64,000 bases of DNA from Tetramitus jugosus. Taxonomy: Eukaryota > Protista > Heterolobosea. Positions 21,801-31,698 of the stretch are shown in pieces. Positions within the stretch are counted from its first letter, which is position 1, and each line of letters opens with the position of its first letter. A program made the position numbers and the translations under genes. Where the stretch lies: the NCBI GenBank assembly GCA_937625935.1, contig OW569374.1, positions 372,001-436,000 of the forward strand, read 5' to 3'. Under the pieces are notes generated by a model. The model had not been told where the DNA came from, ran no database searches, and saw nothing but the letters and a program-made list of their open reading frames with translations.

Positions 21801-23034
21801 AGAAGAAGATGACGATGACTTTGCCTCCAAAGCGGAGAGAAAGCGTCTTCTGTCAGCGGCAACGAGTGCTGGGTTCACCATGGCTAAAATTGAAGGAGCT
21901 CCTATATCTGCTAGCTCGTTAATACTGAAACATCCATTCGTAACTCAATCAGAATTGATCGAGAAAATTAAGAAACATTACATCAGGCAAGTAACGTACG
22001 ACTTCTACAAGATTATCGGATCTTTGGATCTGATTGGAAATCCGATTGGATTATTCAATGACCTGAATACTGGTATAAAGGAATTCTTCTACGATCCAGC
22101 CGATGCGCTCATACACCGCCCCGAGGAGTTCTCCTCCGAACTAGCTGACGGATCATTGAAACTCGTATCAAGCACGATACATGGAACATTCAATACAGCT
22201 AGCAAGCTGACGGGAACACTTGGAAAAGGCATCAATTTCCTCACATTTGATGAGGAATATATCAGAGAAAGAGAGCGCTCCTCTGTGATGAAGAGGCCAA
22301 AGAATGTGAGAGAAGGCTTCACTGAAGGTGCGGAATCATTTGCAAAGAATGTCTTGGAAGGCGCAACAGGCATATTTACTAAACCAGTCCAGGGAGCGAA
22401 GAAGGAAGGAATTGCTGGATTTTTCAAAGGAGTTGGTAAAGGTTTAGTTGGTATTCCAACGAAACCTGTGTCTGGTCTGGTTGACTTTGCTACCAAGGCC
22501 AATGAAGGAATATCGAGCATAGGTCAGAAGCAAGTGGAAAGGATTAGATATCCAAGAACGTTTCGAAAGGATGGAGCAATCGTTCCCTACTATGCACCAG
22601 CAGCATTTAGTTTATACATCCTTTCTCGTGCAGAAGACGGAAAGTATTACAAGGACGGAGAACAACCAATTGTGCACATCACCGATAGTGACAACGCGAC
22701 ACTGTTTATGCTAACACAGAAGGCCCTGTATGGCATCAGTCTCAGGGATAATAGTGTATCATGGAGATTCCCTCTCGAAACAATTCTATCAGCCAACATT
22801 AGACAAGATTCAAACGGAAGAAATGTAATTGTTGTTACGGCCCCACAACCAAAGAAGTATAGACAAGTGCTTCAGAGAGGTACTTCCGTTTCGAAAACCA
22901 TTCACAATCCCTCTCAATCCCAACTGACTCAATTCCATGCCAGCCTATCCAGTCAAATTGACCAAGTGAGAGCTCTCACCAATCAACAGAAGCTTCTCCA
23001 ACCTCATCTCCTTCACTTTGAGTCGGAGGCCTAA
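12871..23034 (+). CDS. VPS13: VPS13 bridge-like lipid transfer protein, 3387 aa, intronless
   Basis: Chorein-N (MFEGIVSKILVKVLGDYIE...IPWKSLGTSPV), WEPIIEPY, VAB repeats (YSPYWLVNHT, TKIVTISPRY), QIDNQL, GSLDLIGNPIGL, GVGKGLVG and a C-terminal PH-like region. Confidence 0.97.
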   Translation: MFEGIVSKILVKVLGDYIEDIDSQNLRLGLLAGDVQLKQLKMKSTALDAFDLPITVVWGYVGTIKASIPWKSLGTSPVTLDISDIYIVVQPRKCVAYDPEIEKERLEKSRIARLHNYEFHRMAHSLSASPAHAVEDETGDGADTEAQERKTAATDSESSIGETVSSDEAASKTQATTAVTPSEEKKDTSSFVDRLTETIINNIQIRVHNVRVRYEDDSDPNMPIIFGLNLEDVSVVSCDENWKESWVKGSQEPMYKKAMISGLSMYSEKTTDLLFSKIENLDQFQEQMKQFIAKFSQHDNRSITSLLEPTDATLKAILQRNDSLDMTKPKLALELLPGNVSLSINDKQYMNILRVIDYVTNYSRFERFRSIRPEEAFYSSENRMNSEEKRKKWWKYAILAANKNMETQYFSWEDVQQKRELRNEYIELYKRSKASFKRKLDAEENERLDFLERTMPTTDVIFARESAEAQLKIELQRYKKHKESLPKRAASWLTSWFTPAHDELDEESLGEIEVTDEERKQLELDIGYSISTSGVLETPPDFVELLFSVILCGQVELVDSEFDKVIVRGSLTDLNVSVGARANASSFIITTSIGSVSLKDEFTTNTQFPDIIAKVEEGKKLVDVSIEANPLHKEEDLIVDVSIAGVEIIANLALLQRILAFFIIPSDVDLEELQKVLQMQLEELQRFATLQLQIALQNKYIISINLSLNAPTFLIPEDPTDKSKPVLVIDLGQLVMSSEPTDKARDDRIKESKLEEKDFYDHYIVELSHVSATLYPNYDQDKIADTLVHDLSFTMVFSALIATNTTYPAFALDSKLPLVNINISPKKVSHLSGIINNIFDFIDNPVGIQKSMIQKSGYVELNYQTKATDIDLPEKKQYLCDLRIDGTILLYDSEERGKPAVYVGINRLMQVVSSSDNSALNRNEFGLIVSTKTNDILFIFKLENEEAANEWYDIIRAKLLDIVSVPTTRVIPNKSNLSITDAIQPNQQVVQLRATFVLEELCLNIVHTRKESEVPLVALIVTNFAINVQSRSYDTTIDMKLQQITVSEFTRSISKPQPLLYSGNKGGIQQNIAEAKILITSDERSEFYSENSDVVVNVEFSKFTLHFDPYVVSVLIRKVFEFIELSQLFVSRTLSYQPVRKQIDEELHDRNIVVVRASLARAAMILEDQSSKFISLSMKNTSVSLSMDDKAVIIDGHIGDLTAKGHTSDSKYREIMGLTSKGGSLVDFTIRQDLLTVETTPYYPTHVKVILSSIQFVYVQSTINHFISYIMDGPLLPTIQEVTTNFQTKGEQNSVAHVDQTVASQSLAQISLDITLLNPLIIIPENSMSSDKLIANLGKITVTNSLNQVSNHQNEEINWTETIVVSLQDTNIQTELLGKREKVLNDTNFEIDIVRPIIDEKSELPQVCVVLNVQEQFSMEMNHAQYESMFRIIYQNFMAETPTENRRAQLSALMSERHTKEQETVDEEQDRRDKVSVQVNVSLVNINLTILKSVELMDPEPIARLDMHNLNVNVTQMQDGSTGMTMFLPKIDAFDLRNNKVKQFVESKTHSSDEPLIHLLLDLNPVKNVMHINLQLGSPEMIVDPPLIMDITNYFSSLPIVPQQSKKERHSVQFNNISDIVIGSNVFLGEDIYLSLDRKLQITSKDSNEIIIDGQGHIIDFDVTSPDEIVPLIYIAPGISLIFKNTILRHSDNLDQLIHYGDENSVVSAPTTLNVFTQKLTKDQHLEIKQRELEVGGIRDKYKKPDQMRTVFQGEFGSPVVLIPVSPEKDTTRYFVLEGQLSVNIDMKPVTQENIYECFLNECRLYNRSDDMGTHRKSANILEPVSISCKMKESVHEDELIRAISINIKDSIFARLSYNDVKSVLKITQSFTQSQEDSSSSVTGIGRSDSKAIEDDIIVLSPGIDDVDIQDQEFREFETNVDRTELSDKKSYSDHLSSEASELTMTTPTSIVYTFDITPNLEASLRLIDDINGYDVPLLNFSIDSILIQKARMSQMGNTLDLATTVSFRVVGYFFNMKLALWEPIIEPYHAVVEYERRPTQNADSPVSYMDKLILKQHDLGINQSPEPFSINVSKSMIDTVNKVQQAWTRDIETDVVSTVLDPILLRNHTGIEVLFTIQGADRPVRIAHGSEHSFSMDEHFESIDSRQKSTPILATIELPHVDIDFSLDLKSIGIKHFENKRRKIHAIVETEIEDGRRIITLRSGAKVVNESSIMWTIASKDLSDGQLTIIGDILPGTSVGVPILEIDNGFLCIKPSEVYDWNSSSNCAWSNLMTDKSRSLLVSCPHMQEYGHSCQAVIRTKATNLANDESQEKSYTIKIDAPMVIENLLGQTVQYKLYQSVEQSQQSPTMSGELAVGAKEYIYTLDFGSKIFMRTVFDEGCNCPHTALIYSPKRSECQNKLSIMNRVRATVVINFDYSSESTSGAYHSVSLYSPYWLVNHTSKNLMLKESSGRILSHANALSSNQRTTPIMFSFTKEKDHKVALRIDNSPYSEYFSIGNVGVSDYLMVTSPSDMNYCIGFTVQLATGKFNRTKIVTISPRYIFQNLTSYDIHVKQVRTSEECVLQSQKISDYYWHGHSISSPELMISIPSVSLDWSSPFILNSLGDMSVKMMNQEDPNEINWKMLNINLSERGGSILVKIEDQNQPPYIIENRLNIPIKVSQYEIDKWWEVRENNKLDYAWDNLMAPQNLIVLIDNNEIGPIDINKVTGVDTELAIHDNQMIFISVHTNDGTRVLRVDTNRYYDKSAPFRKVKPIEKSKKRKRRLRCGSRDVPPSPEEQPQSLRLEPANLKDEEFSLFVYIDLPSIGFSLIDDKLKREIAYVYMEDLLFRFEQTNKNQYIEFTLTKAQIDNQLLNCVYPVVLYNEESKEKAFIHFSACRAMSDQNALLFRYLSVAMQKMHLRIEYAFVETLISLVSSLLESDLSDDQEVTEKMMESIQTLNTSTVGGIAPSEAKFYFDTFELHPIRIYLSFLFNRAEEDDDDFASKAERKRLLSAATSAGFTMAKIEGAPISASSLILKHPFVTQSELIEKIKKHYIRQVTYDFYKIIGSLDLIGNPIGLFNDLNTGIKEFFYDPADALIHRPEEFSSELADGSLKLVSSTIHGTFNTASKLTGTLGKGINFLTFDEEYIRERERSSVMKRPKNVREGFTEGAESFAKNVLEGATGIFTKPVQGAKKEGIAGFFKGVGKGLVGIPTKPVSGLVDFATKANEGISSIGQKQVERIRYPRTFRKDGAIVPYYAPAAFSLYILSRAEDGKYYKDGEQPIVHITDSDNATLFMLTQKALYGISLRDNSVSWRFPLETILSANIRQDSNGRNVIVVTAPQPKKYRQVLQRGTSVSKTIHNPSQSQLTQFHASLSSQIDQVRALTNQQKLLQPHLLHFESEA

Positions 23035-23036
23035 AC

Positions 23037-23074
23037 TTTGGCGCCAAAAACTTGTGGAACCTTGGCGCCATTTT
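23037..23074. promoter_or_regulatory. Tandem E2F-like sites upstream of POLA2 (palindromic TTTGGCGCCAAA 23037-23048; TTGGCGCCATTTT 23062-23074)
   Basis: Exact TTTSSCGC on both strands, 80-120 bp before the ATG of a DNA replication gene. Confidence 0.6.
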
Positions 23075-23154
23075 CCTCCTCACAAAATTCGTTTTTCCAC
23101 GAGAACAACAAACAGACAGAGAAAAGCTTTCTTCTTGGACACACAACAATAAAA

Positions 23155-25089
23155 ATGTCAAATCCTCCAACAACAACAACAGGCAGAGTGTTGAATAAGA
23201 GTAGTATCTCTGCAATCTCCAGTGCCTATCGATCCAAACCTCTCACCTCATCCAAATCCAGCAAGAAAAAGTCAAAAACCACTTCTTCCAACAACAAGAG
23301 CAACAGTGCTACTAGTAGCTCATCTGACAACAACAATGACAACAACAACAACAATAGTAAACGATTTACTCCTGTTGCTCTTCCCTCCAAATCCTCAATC
23401 AACTCTTGTGCCAAATGGAGCAGTAGTGTCAAGAGTGAGGATGACGATATTATGCCAACAATGCAATTTGGAAACTCGGCACTTGCATCTTTATTGAATA
23501 CTCCTCTCGCACATGTTGCCATTGAACAAATTGGAGGAATTCCAAGTAATGTTAACATTTCTGATGTGTCAGTAGCGACTATGACAACAACAACAACATT
23601 TGAGAAAACTCAATTCACGTACATGTATGACAAGCTGAGCAGAAGAGGTGATGCCTTGTCTGATCGTATCATTGACTTTGGTGCCAAATTGATTGAATCA
23701 CATGATTTGTCCTATGCTCAACCATTGAACAGAGATGATGACTCGGAAGCACTGTACGTTGGTAGAATTTTGAATGAAACACAGGATGGTGATGGAAAAT
23801 TGAAGAAGAATAGTGTCTTGTTGGAAGGATTGGCCGATACGGAGACTACAAACTCCAAAGTGGTGAGAATTGAAGTGTCTGATCAAGTGCAGACAACACT
23901 GTTCCCAGGTCAAATTGTAATTGTCAAGGGAACAAAGACTGCCATCGGAACAAAGGATACTGTTGTAAAACAATCGATTCATGCCACTCAGATTTACACT
24001 GGGGCACCTATTAGAGCAACGCCAATGCCTGATGATGCCAGAATGAATATGATTGCAGCAGCTGGTCCTTTTGCTGCATACAATAGCATGGGATTTGAGC
24101 CATTGAGCGATTTGTTGACTGTGGCGAAGCAACACAGACCAGATGTTTTGCTGCTCATTGGTCCATTTGTCGATTGTGAACACCCAGATATCATTAATGA
24201 TCAAGATCTCGATTTGACATTTGATGACATTTTTGAGCACAGAGTCATTGAGCAATTAATCTCCTATCTCAAGAGTGACCCAACGAAAACAAGCAAGGTG
24301 GTTCTTGTTCCATCACTGCGCGACGTACATCATGACTTTGTGTACCCTCAGCCTTCATTCAACAAGAAGGAATGGTCATGTTTCAAGCAAAACAAAGAAA
24401 TCATGTCCCGCATCATAACTGTTTCCAATCCTGCTACATTCAAGGTCAACTCTGGAATCAGTGTTGGAGTCACTAGTAATGATATCTTGGCACAACTAGG
24501 TGATAAGGAATTCTCAAATATTCCAAGACAGTCCGTGGATGTAGCCTTTAGAAGATCAGAAGCCATCCTGTCCCAACAGAGCTACTTCCCATTGATCTTT
24601 AGCTCGAATGATAATATTATTCCGTTGGACACGACGCACTATGATAAATTGGGCTTTGTCTCAGAGGATGCAGACGAAGCACCATCCATTCTCATTCTGC
24701 CAAGTGAAATGACACAGTTTTGTAAGATTGTCCAAGGAGTGATCGTCATCAATCCACAGCATCTCTATGACAAGGAACTTGGCAACGGTTGCTATCTCCA
24801 GGTCATTGTAGCACCAAAACAAGCTCAACCTGAGAATGTTGACACAGATGGAGATGAAACAATGGGTGACAGCATACGGATCAAGAAGGAAGTGGACGAA
24901 GATGGAGAAGACCAGGAATCAACTACGGCCACCTCAAATGGCACTGCACCACCATCAGAAGAAGACAAGGACCAAGAAATGACAGACGTCCACGCCACAA
25001 CCATCAAATCCGAAAGCATCACAGACGCAATCAAGTCCGAGCCAAGCAACCTCACTGAACGTGTGCTCGTTCGTCTCATTCGCCTCTGA
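23155..25089 (+). CDS. POLA2: DNA polymerase alpha/primase subunit B
   Basis: FTYMYDKL, VGRI, LFPGQIVIVKG, AAGPF, PDVLLLIGPFVD, VPSLRDVHHDFVYPQP, NPATF, LSQQSYFPL, ILILPS, INP; ATG at 23155. Confidence 0.93.
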   Translation: MSNPPTTTTGRVLNKSSISAISSAYRSKPLTSSKSSKKKSKTTSSNNKSNSATSSSSDNNNDNNNNNSKRFTPVALPSKSSINSCAKWSSSVKSEDDDIMPTMQFGNSALASLLNTPLAHVAIEQIGGIPSNVNISDVSVATMTTTTTFEKTQFTYMYDKLSRRGDALSDRIIDFGAKLIESHDLSYAQPLNRDDDSEALYVGRILNETQDGDGKLKKNSVLLEGLADTETTNSKVVRIEVSDQVQTTLFPGQIVIVKGTKTAIGTKDTVVKQSIHATQIYTGAPIRATPMPDDARMNMIAAAGPFAAYNSMGFEPLSDLLTVAKQHRPDVLLLIGPFVDCEHPDIINDQDLDLTFDDIFEHRVIEQLISYLKSDPTKTSKVVLVPSLRDVHHDFVYPQPSFNKKEWSCFKQNKEIMSRIITVSNPATFKVNSGISVGVTSNDILAQLGDKEFSNIPRQSVDVAFRRSEAILSQQSYFPLIFSSNDNIIPLDTTHYDKLGFVSEDADEAPSILILPSEMTQFCKIVQGVIVINPQHLYDKELGNGCYLQVIVAPKQAQPENVDTDGDETMGDSIRIKKEVDEDGEDQESTTATSNGTAPPSEEDKDQEMTDVHATTIKSESITDAIKSEPSNLTERVLVRLIRL

Positions 25090-25228
25090 TTCAGATTCGC
25101 GCTTGCCTCTTCCTGTAAAATCTTCGCGACACGGTAAACAACTCCGCCTTTATTTATCCATTTCAGGACTGAATACCCGCCTTATTCGACGCCACCCACA
25201 CAAAGAAACAACGTGTTTCCAAACAACA

Positions 25229-26728
25229 ATGAGAAACAGAGCCATACTGACGTTGCTATTACTCGTCGTGATATTGTTGTTGGCGCAGAGTTGCACACTC
25301 AATGCCTCCATCCCCACTGTGTCCCATGAAGAACAAGAACAAGAAGCTTTTTTCAAGAAACAATTCCAAGAACAGTGGCAGCGTAGCTTACAAGAGCAAC
25401 AACAAGGCAAGAGAGCTGGATCACCTCCATTAAAGCTCAATCTACCAGGAAATGGTGTTCTGGACCCACCACGTCACCATCAACGCTATCGTTGGAGTGA
25501 ATATGACAAGAGACATCCTTACTATCAATGGTGGTACTACTATGTTCAAGATTTGGAGCAGCACAAGCATTATGCCATGTCCTATGGTATGACAACGTGC
25601 AATGGACACAAGAAGGCTGGTGGTTGTCAATATGAGATGGCTGCAGTCATGTTTGCCATGATTGACAACAAGTCTGGTGCTCATTTCCAAAAGTATGAAA
25701 CCTTTCCAATGTCTCACTGGGTCGTTGACGAAGATTTCCATGTCCAAGTGTTCAACAAGAGCATGACATTGAGTGATGCGAGAATGGGCAATGAAGAACC
25801 ATTGTTCGAGTTGAGACCATTGAGTGATCAAGTGATTCATCTCACTGGTAAGATGCTTCACGATTCAAAGAATGTTTGGATCAGTGAGGGCATTGAACCG
25901 AACGCTGAGATTGTTTGGGACATTACCATTGATAGAGTGTATGGATACTATGCTCAGGATGCGTTTGAGAAGCCTGATGAATGGATCAGTGGTATTATCA
26001 TGTGGGACACGTATGCTCACAATTCACTGGTTCGTCATTCAAAAATCTCGATTGCCGGCACTGTTGAATACTTGGATCATGACTCTGATCCAACTGGTTG
26101 TCGATTCAGAGCCTACGGTGATGGAAACTGGGGTCAATTGATGCCAGATAACGAGAAACATCCAGATGACAAGAATTATGCTTGGGGGTGGTACTTGCAA
26201 CACATTCCAAACAAGAATCCAAATCTCGATGTTTCCGTGATTGCCGGAACAGGAAGAACCTACTCTGCATTCCCATTCTATACCATGGAGGGCAAATTTG
26301 CTGATGTTAGAATCAACTCTACGCTGCACATTGAGTTCAGAGAAGTCGTCGTGTACAGCTTGAAGCTCACGAGCTGCAATGATGGTAAACTGCAAAGGTT
26401 TAACGTTCAGAGAACTAACTGGACAACCATCACTGACAAGTTTGGCTCTGCATCAATTCCATTGAATCAAGTCACAACCATGGAGAGTGAGAATTGGCTC
26501 GTTGTCCAAGATTGTCAATCGATTCAAGCCAACTACAACAGACTTTTATTCCCATTCAACAACTTTGTATTCAGTGACTTTGAAGGGTTGGGTGTCACTT
26601 GTAGATTGACGATCAAGTACAAGGTTACTGGTCAGGTTATTATTGATCAAGCAGGTATTCAGAGTGGAATCGAGTACGGATTCAGATACGACGTGCACAA
26701 TGTTCCTCCATTGCCTTTTGAAAAATAA
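25229..26728 (+). CDS. Secreted tocopherol-cyclase-like (VTE1-fold) protein
   Basis: Signal peptide MRNRAILTLLLLVVILLLAQS; PYYQWWYYYV, AYGDGNWG, WGWY, SVIAGTGR and SGIEYG parallel the tocopherol cyclase motif order. Confidence 0.55.
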   Translation: MRNRAILTLLLLVVILLLAQSCTLNASIPTVSHEEQEQEAFFKKQFQEQWQRSLQEQQQGKRAGSPPLKLNLPGNGVLDPPRHHQRYRWSEYDKRHPYYQWWYYYVQDLEQHKHYAMSYGMTTCNGHKKAGGCQYEMAAVMFAMIDNKSGAHFQKYETFPMSHWVVDEDFHVQVFNKSMTLSDARMGNEEPLFELRPLSDQVIHLTGKMLHDSKNVWISEGIEPNAEIVWDITIDRVYGYYAQDAFEKPDEWISGIIMWDTYAHNSLVRHSKISIAGTVEYLDHDSDPTGCRFRAYGDGNWGQLMPDNEKHPDDKNYAWGWYLQHIPNKNPNLDVSVIAGTGRTYSAFPFYTMEGKFADVRINSTLHIEFREVVVYSLKLTSCNDGKLQRFNVQRTNWTTITDKFGSASIPLNQVTTMESENWLVVQDCQSIQANYNRLLFPFNNFVFSDFEGLGVTCRLTIKYKVTGQVIIDQAGIQSGIEYGFRYDVHNVPPLPFEK

Positions 26729-26913
26729 AGTCCAGCATTCTCAACGAGTGTACTGGAAAGAGCTGCAAAGTAAAAGAACAAGAATGAAGAAGTTTGTTTG
26801 TTATTCAACTCAAATTAAGAGTTACAGAAAATGGTTTTTTATGATTAAGTGATAACCCCACTTGTTTGACAAAATGCCGGAATGTACAACACGAATTAAA
26901 CTCTGAAAACAAT

Positions 26914-28958
<2,045 letters not shown>

Positions 28959-29539
28959 TTTTTTGTGTTAAAGTGGGTTGATTTGTGTTGTTGTTTTGTG
29001 TGCTAGAGAAATTTTCGTTTTTTCCACCGCGTTACAATTCCGCACGAGTTGACAAAAATTTTGGCTTTACAATGAAAGTTACAAGTTCAATTTATCCATG
29101 ACGCCGCTGTTGCATGAAGTCTCACAAATGTGCGTTCGTTGGAACGGAGAAACAAAATCACATGTGCGCCAAAATGTTGGTGCTGGAATACCTGATGTGA
29201 GAGGAGCAAAGACCAACAGTCAGTCAGTTCGCTCTTGGCTGAGCAATGACATTCATCAGAAATAGAACGATGTGACACTGAAGCATTGCATACCTCAGCG
29301 AGTCAGAGAAACAAGGGTATGTAAGCAAAGAAAATCGGTTGAAGTTATCGAGCCATCAAGCTCCTTGTGATAAAATAAAAACTTCCATCTCCCAAAAAGC
29401 TCTTTTGTGTGTTGTGCTCATTCTTTCTTCAATATTTATCGGTTGGTGAGCTGCTATCCATCACCAACCCACTTGTCCTTCCAATTAGCAGATTGATTGG
29501 AAGCTAAAATTCACCCAAACGACCGAAAAACAAAACACA

Positions 29540-30955
29540 ATGACCACAACGACGACGCGGCACCAAACAAGCATTTTGCCCTTCATTCTTCTATTATCAA
29601 CATTGTTATTCATTATTCGCACTGCCTCATCATCATCATCAACACAAGTCATCAAAGAGGAAGACGCGTGCCACATTGATGCAGATCACTATATAACGAA
29701 TCAATATCCACCCATTGACAATAGCTATGCTCTCTCGCACAACAAGAGTGTTTATTTTGGATTTAGAGTACCTTCCGATTGGATTGAAAGCATTGTTACA
29801 CCAACAACAACAACAACCATTGTTGATTCCATACCAACAGTCTTGTTTCGCATCGAATATGATGTTGTTCAGTGTTCGAGAGTGGATAATGATAATAATC
29901 GGACATTGGTGAATGTGCAACCTGTTTTGAGCTTGGGTGCCATCAAGATGAATCATCACAATGACTCATCTATGAATCATGATGACTACAATAGTAGAGG
30001 AGAAGCTTCTTGTTCAGTTGATTGGTTGAGAACAGTGTATAATATGACGACATCCTATAGGGATATGAGCCATGACATCTATGTTCAATATATTGCACTG
30101 TATCCGTCTGATATGATTCACTATGGTCGTCTAGGTGTGAATGAGTTTGTGTTTGCGCTTGAGCAGTCCAATTGTGATGCTGCTAATTTCAATATTCATG
30201 CATCATATGTACAGGATGTGGATTTGAATTCTCAAGCATTGCGAGTCTCTGTTTTTCCCGGAATGAGACAATATTTTAAGTATTCTGTGGATCAATCCGT
30301 AGGAGCAAACAAGTTGTTGCTTGGTTCAGTGCAGAATAGTGCGCCCTACACACCATCTACCATGCACATGCGAATGAATGATTACCCGAGTGGAGACGCA
30401 AATGATCAAGTGTTTGTTTTTAATTCGATTGCTGTTTCACCATTGCCATTGAATTCTGTCTTCTACTTTTACATTGAGTTTGATCTCACGGAGGATAATG
30501 CACACAATTATGTGCAAGAGATGATACAGATCAATATCATATTCTCCAAGGGCCGCCTGTGTGAACACGGATGTGGATTGAGTGGCTCATGCAACTTTAC
30601 AACAGGTGAATGCACATGTAGGAGTGATCTTGGGTTCTATGGCGATGATTGCTCCATTACTGGCTGTACTGAAGGAAGTCCATGCACCGTTTCAGATACT
30701 GCCAAGGGATCCACACGTTGTAATGGTCCCGATTGGGCAAACTCTGTCTGTGTCATTGAGAGCTGCCTGCGACCTCTTCACATGGTCGATCTAGTCAAGA
30801 ACCGATGTGTTAGAACGTATCCAGACTCCATGTTCTTCAGTCTTGTGGCTGCGTCTGCTGTTGCAGCAGCCATCTTTGGATTTTCTCTGGGTCTTGGAGT
30901 GTGTAGGCTGTGTTCCAAACGATTCCAACGACGTCACTACCACTATCTTCGTTGA
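29540..30955 (+). CDS. Type I membrane protein with EGF-like Cys-rich module
   Basis: Signal peptide; CEHGCGLSGSCNFTTGECTC...GFYGDDCS; C-terminal TM; cytosolic tail ending YHYLR (YxxL sorting-like). Confidence 0.75.
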   Translation: MTTTTTRHQTSILPFILLLSTLLFIIRTASSSSSTQVIKEEDACHIDADHYITNQYPPIDNSYALSHNKSVYFGFRVPSDWIESIVTPTTTTTIVDSIPTVLFRIEYDVVQCSRVDNDNNRTLVNVQPVLSLGAIKMNHHNDSSMNHDDYNSRGEASCSVDWLRTVYNMTTSYRDMSHDIYVQYIALYPSDMIHYGRLGVNEFVFALEQSNCDAANFNIHASYVQDVDLNSQALRVSVFPGMRQYFKYSVDQSVGANKLLLGSVQNSAPYTPSTMHMRMNDYPSGDANDQVFVFNSIAVSPLPLNSVFYFYIEFDLTEDNAHNYVQEMIQINIIFSKGRLCEHGCGLSGSCNFTTGECTCRSDLGFYGDDCSITGCTEGSPCTVSDTAKGSTRCNGPDWANSVCVIESCLRPLHMVDLVKNRCVRTYPDSMFFSLVAASAVAAAIFGFSLGLGVCRLCSKRFQRRHYHYLR

Positions 30956-31698
30956 GGAAGACACTGTGAGAATAGCGTCATGTAATCACTCCACGTTGTT
31001 TGTTCAATTGGTTCTGTTCATGGGTATCTGTTCCAAAATACAACCTTAACTAGGAATATTGTAGATGGTATCCCGAGGAATTATCATTTCAAGCATCTGT
31101 CATTGGATTCATGGGAACTGGACCCGAAACACATTCATTTTCTCACGACCGAATCAAAAATGTCATCCATCAACAATTCGCGACGAGATACCCCGCTGCC
31201 AATAGTTTTCTTGCAGCAACGGTTGTTGCAAGCGACCAAAAAGCACTCAAAACAAAAAACCAATCAGTAGTAAAAAATCCAAAACACCAACCACTAGTGT
31301 AAGTACCATCATCAAGTCACACTTTATCTCAAATGATCAACCATGTTCCTCCTCAGGCTAACAAAAAGTCATTTCTCTTCCTTTTTCCTTAAAAAAAAAC
31401 TGCTTTTTTTTTCTGTTCCCTTTTTTCTCATTTGTGATTCGATTCGAAATTTGATTTGCTTTTTTTTGGGCTGTTGTGTGATTCGAATCAATGTCTCTAT
31501 GTCATTATCACCACCACCAATTAATTGCACCACAAATCCTTTCATCGACCCTACGATAATAACAAAAACAAACAACACAATCTCATCATCACCCATCATC
31601 ATCAACAACTTTTTTTTTTGGCGAAACAATATCCAAAAAAAAATCATCATCAACAACCAGCAGGAAGCTACAACAATCACAAGAAACCAAAAAAAAAA

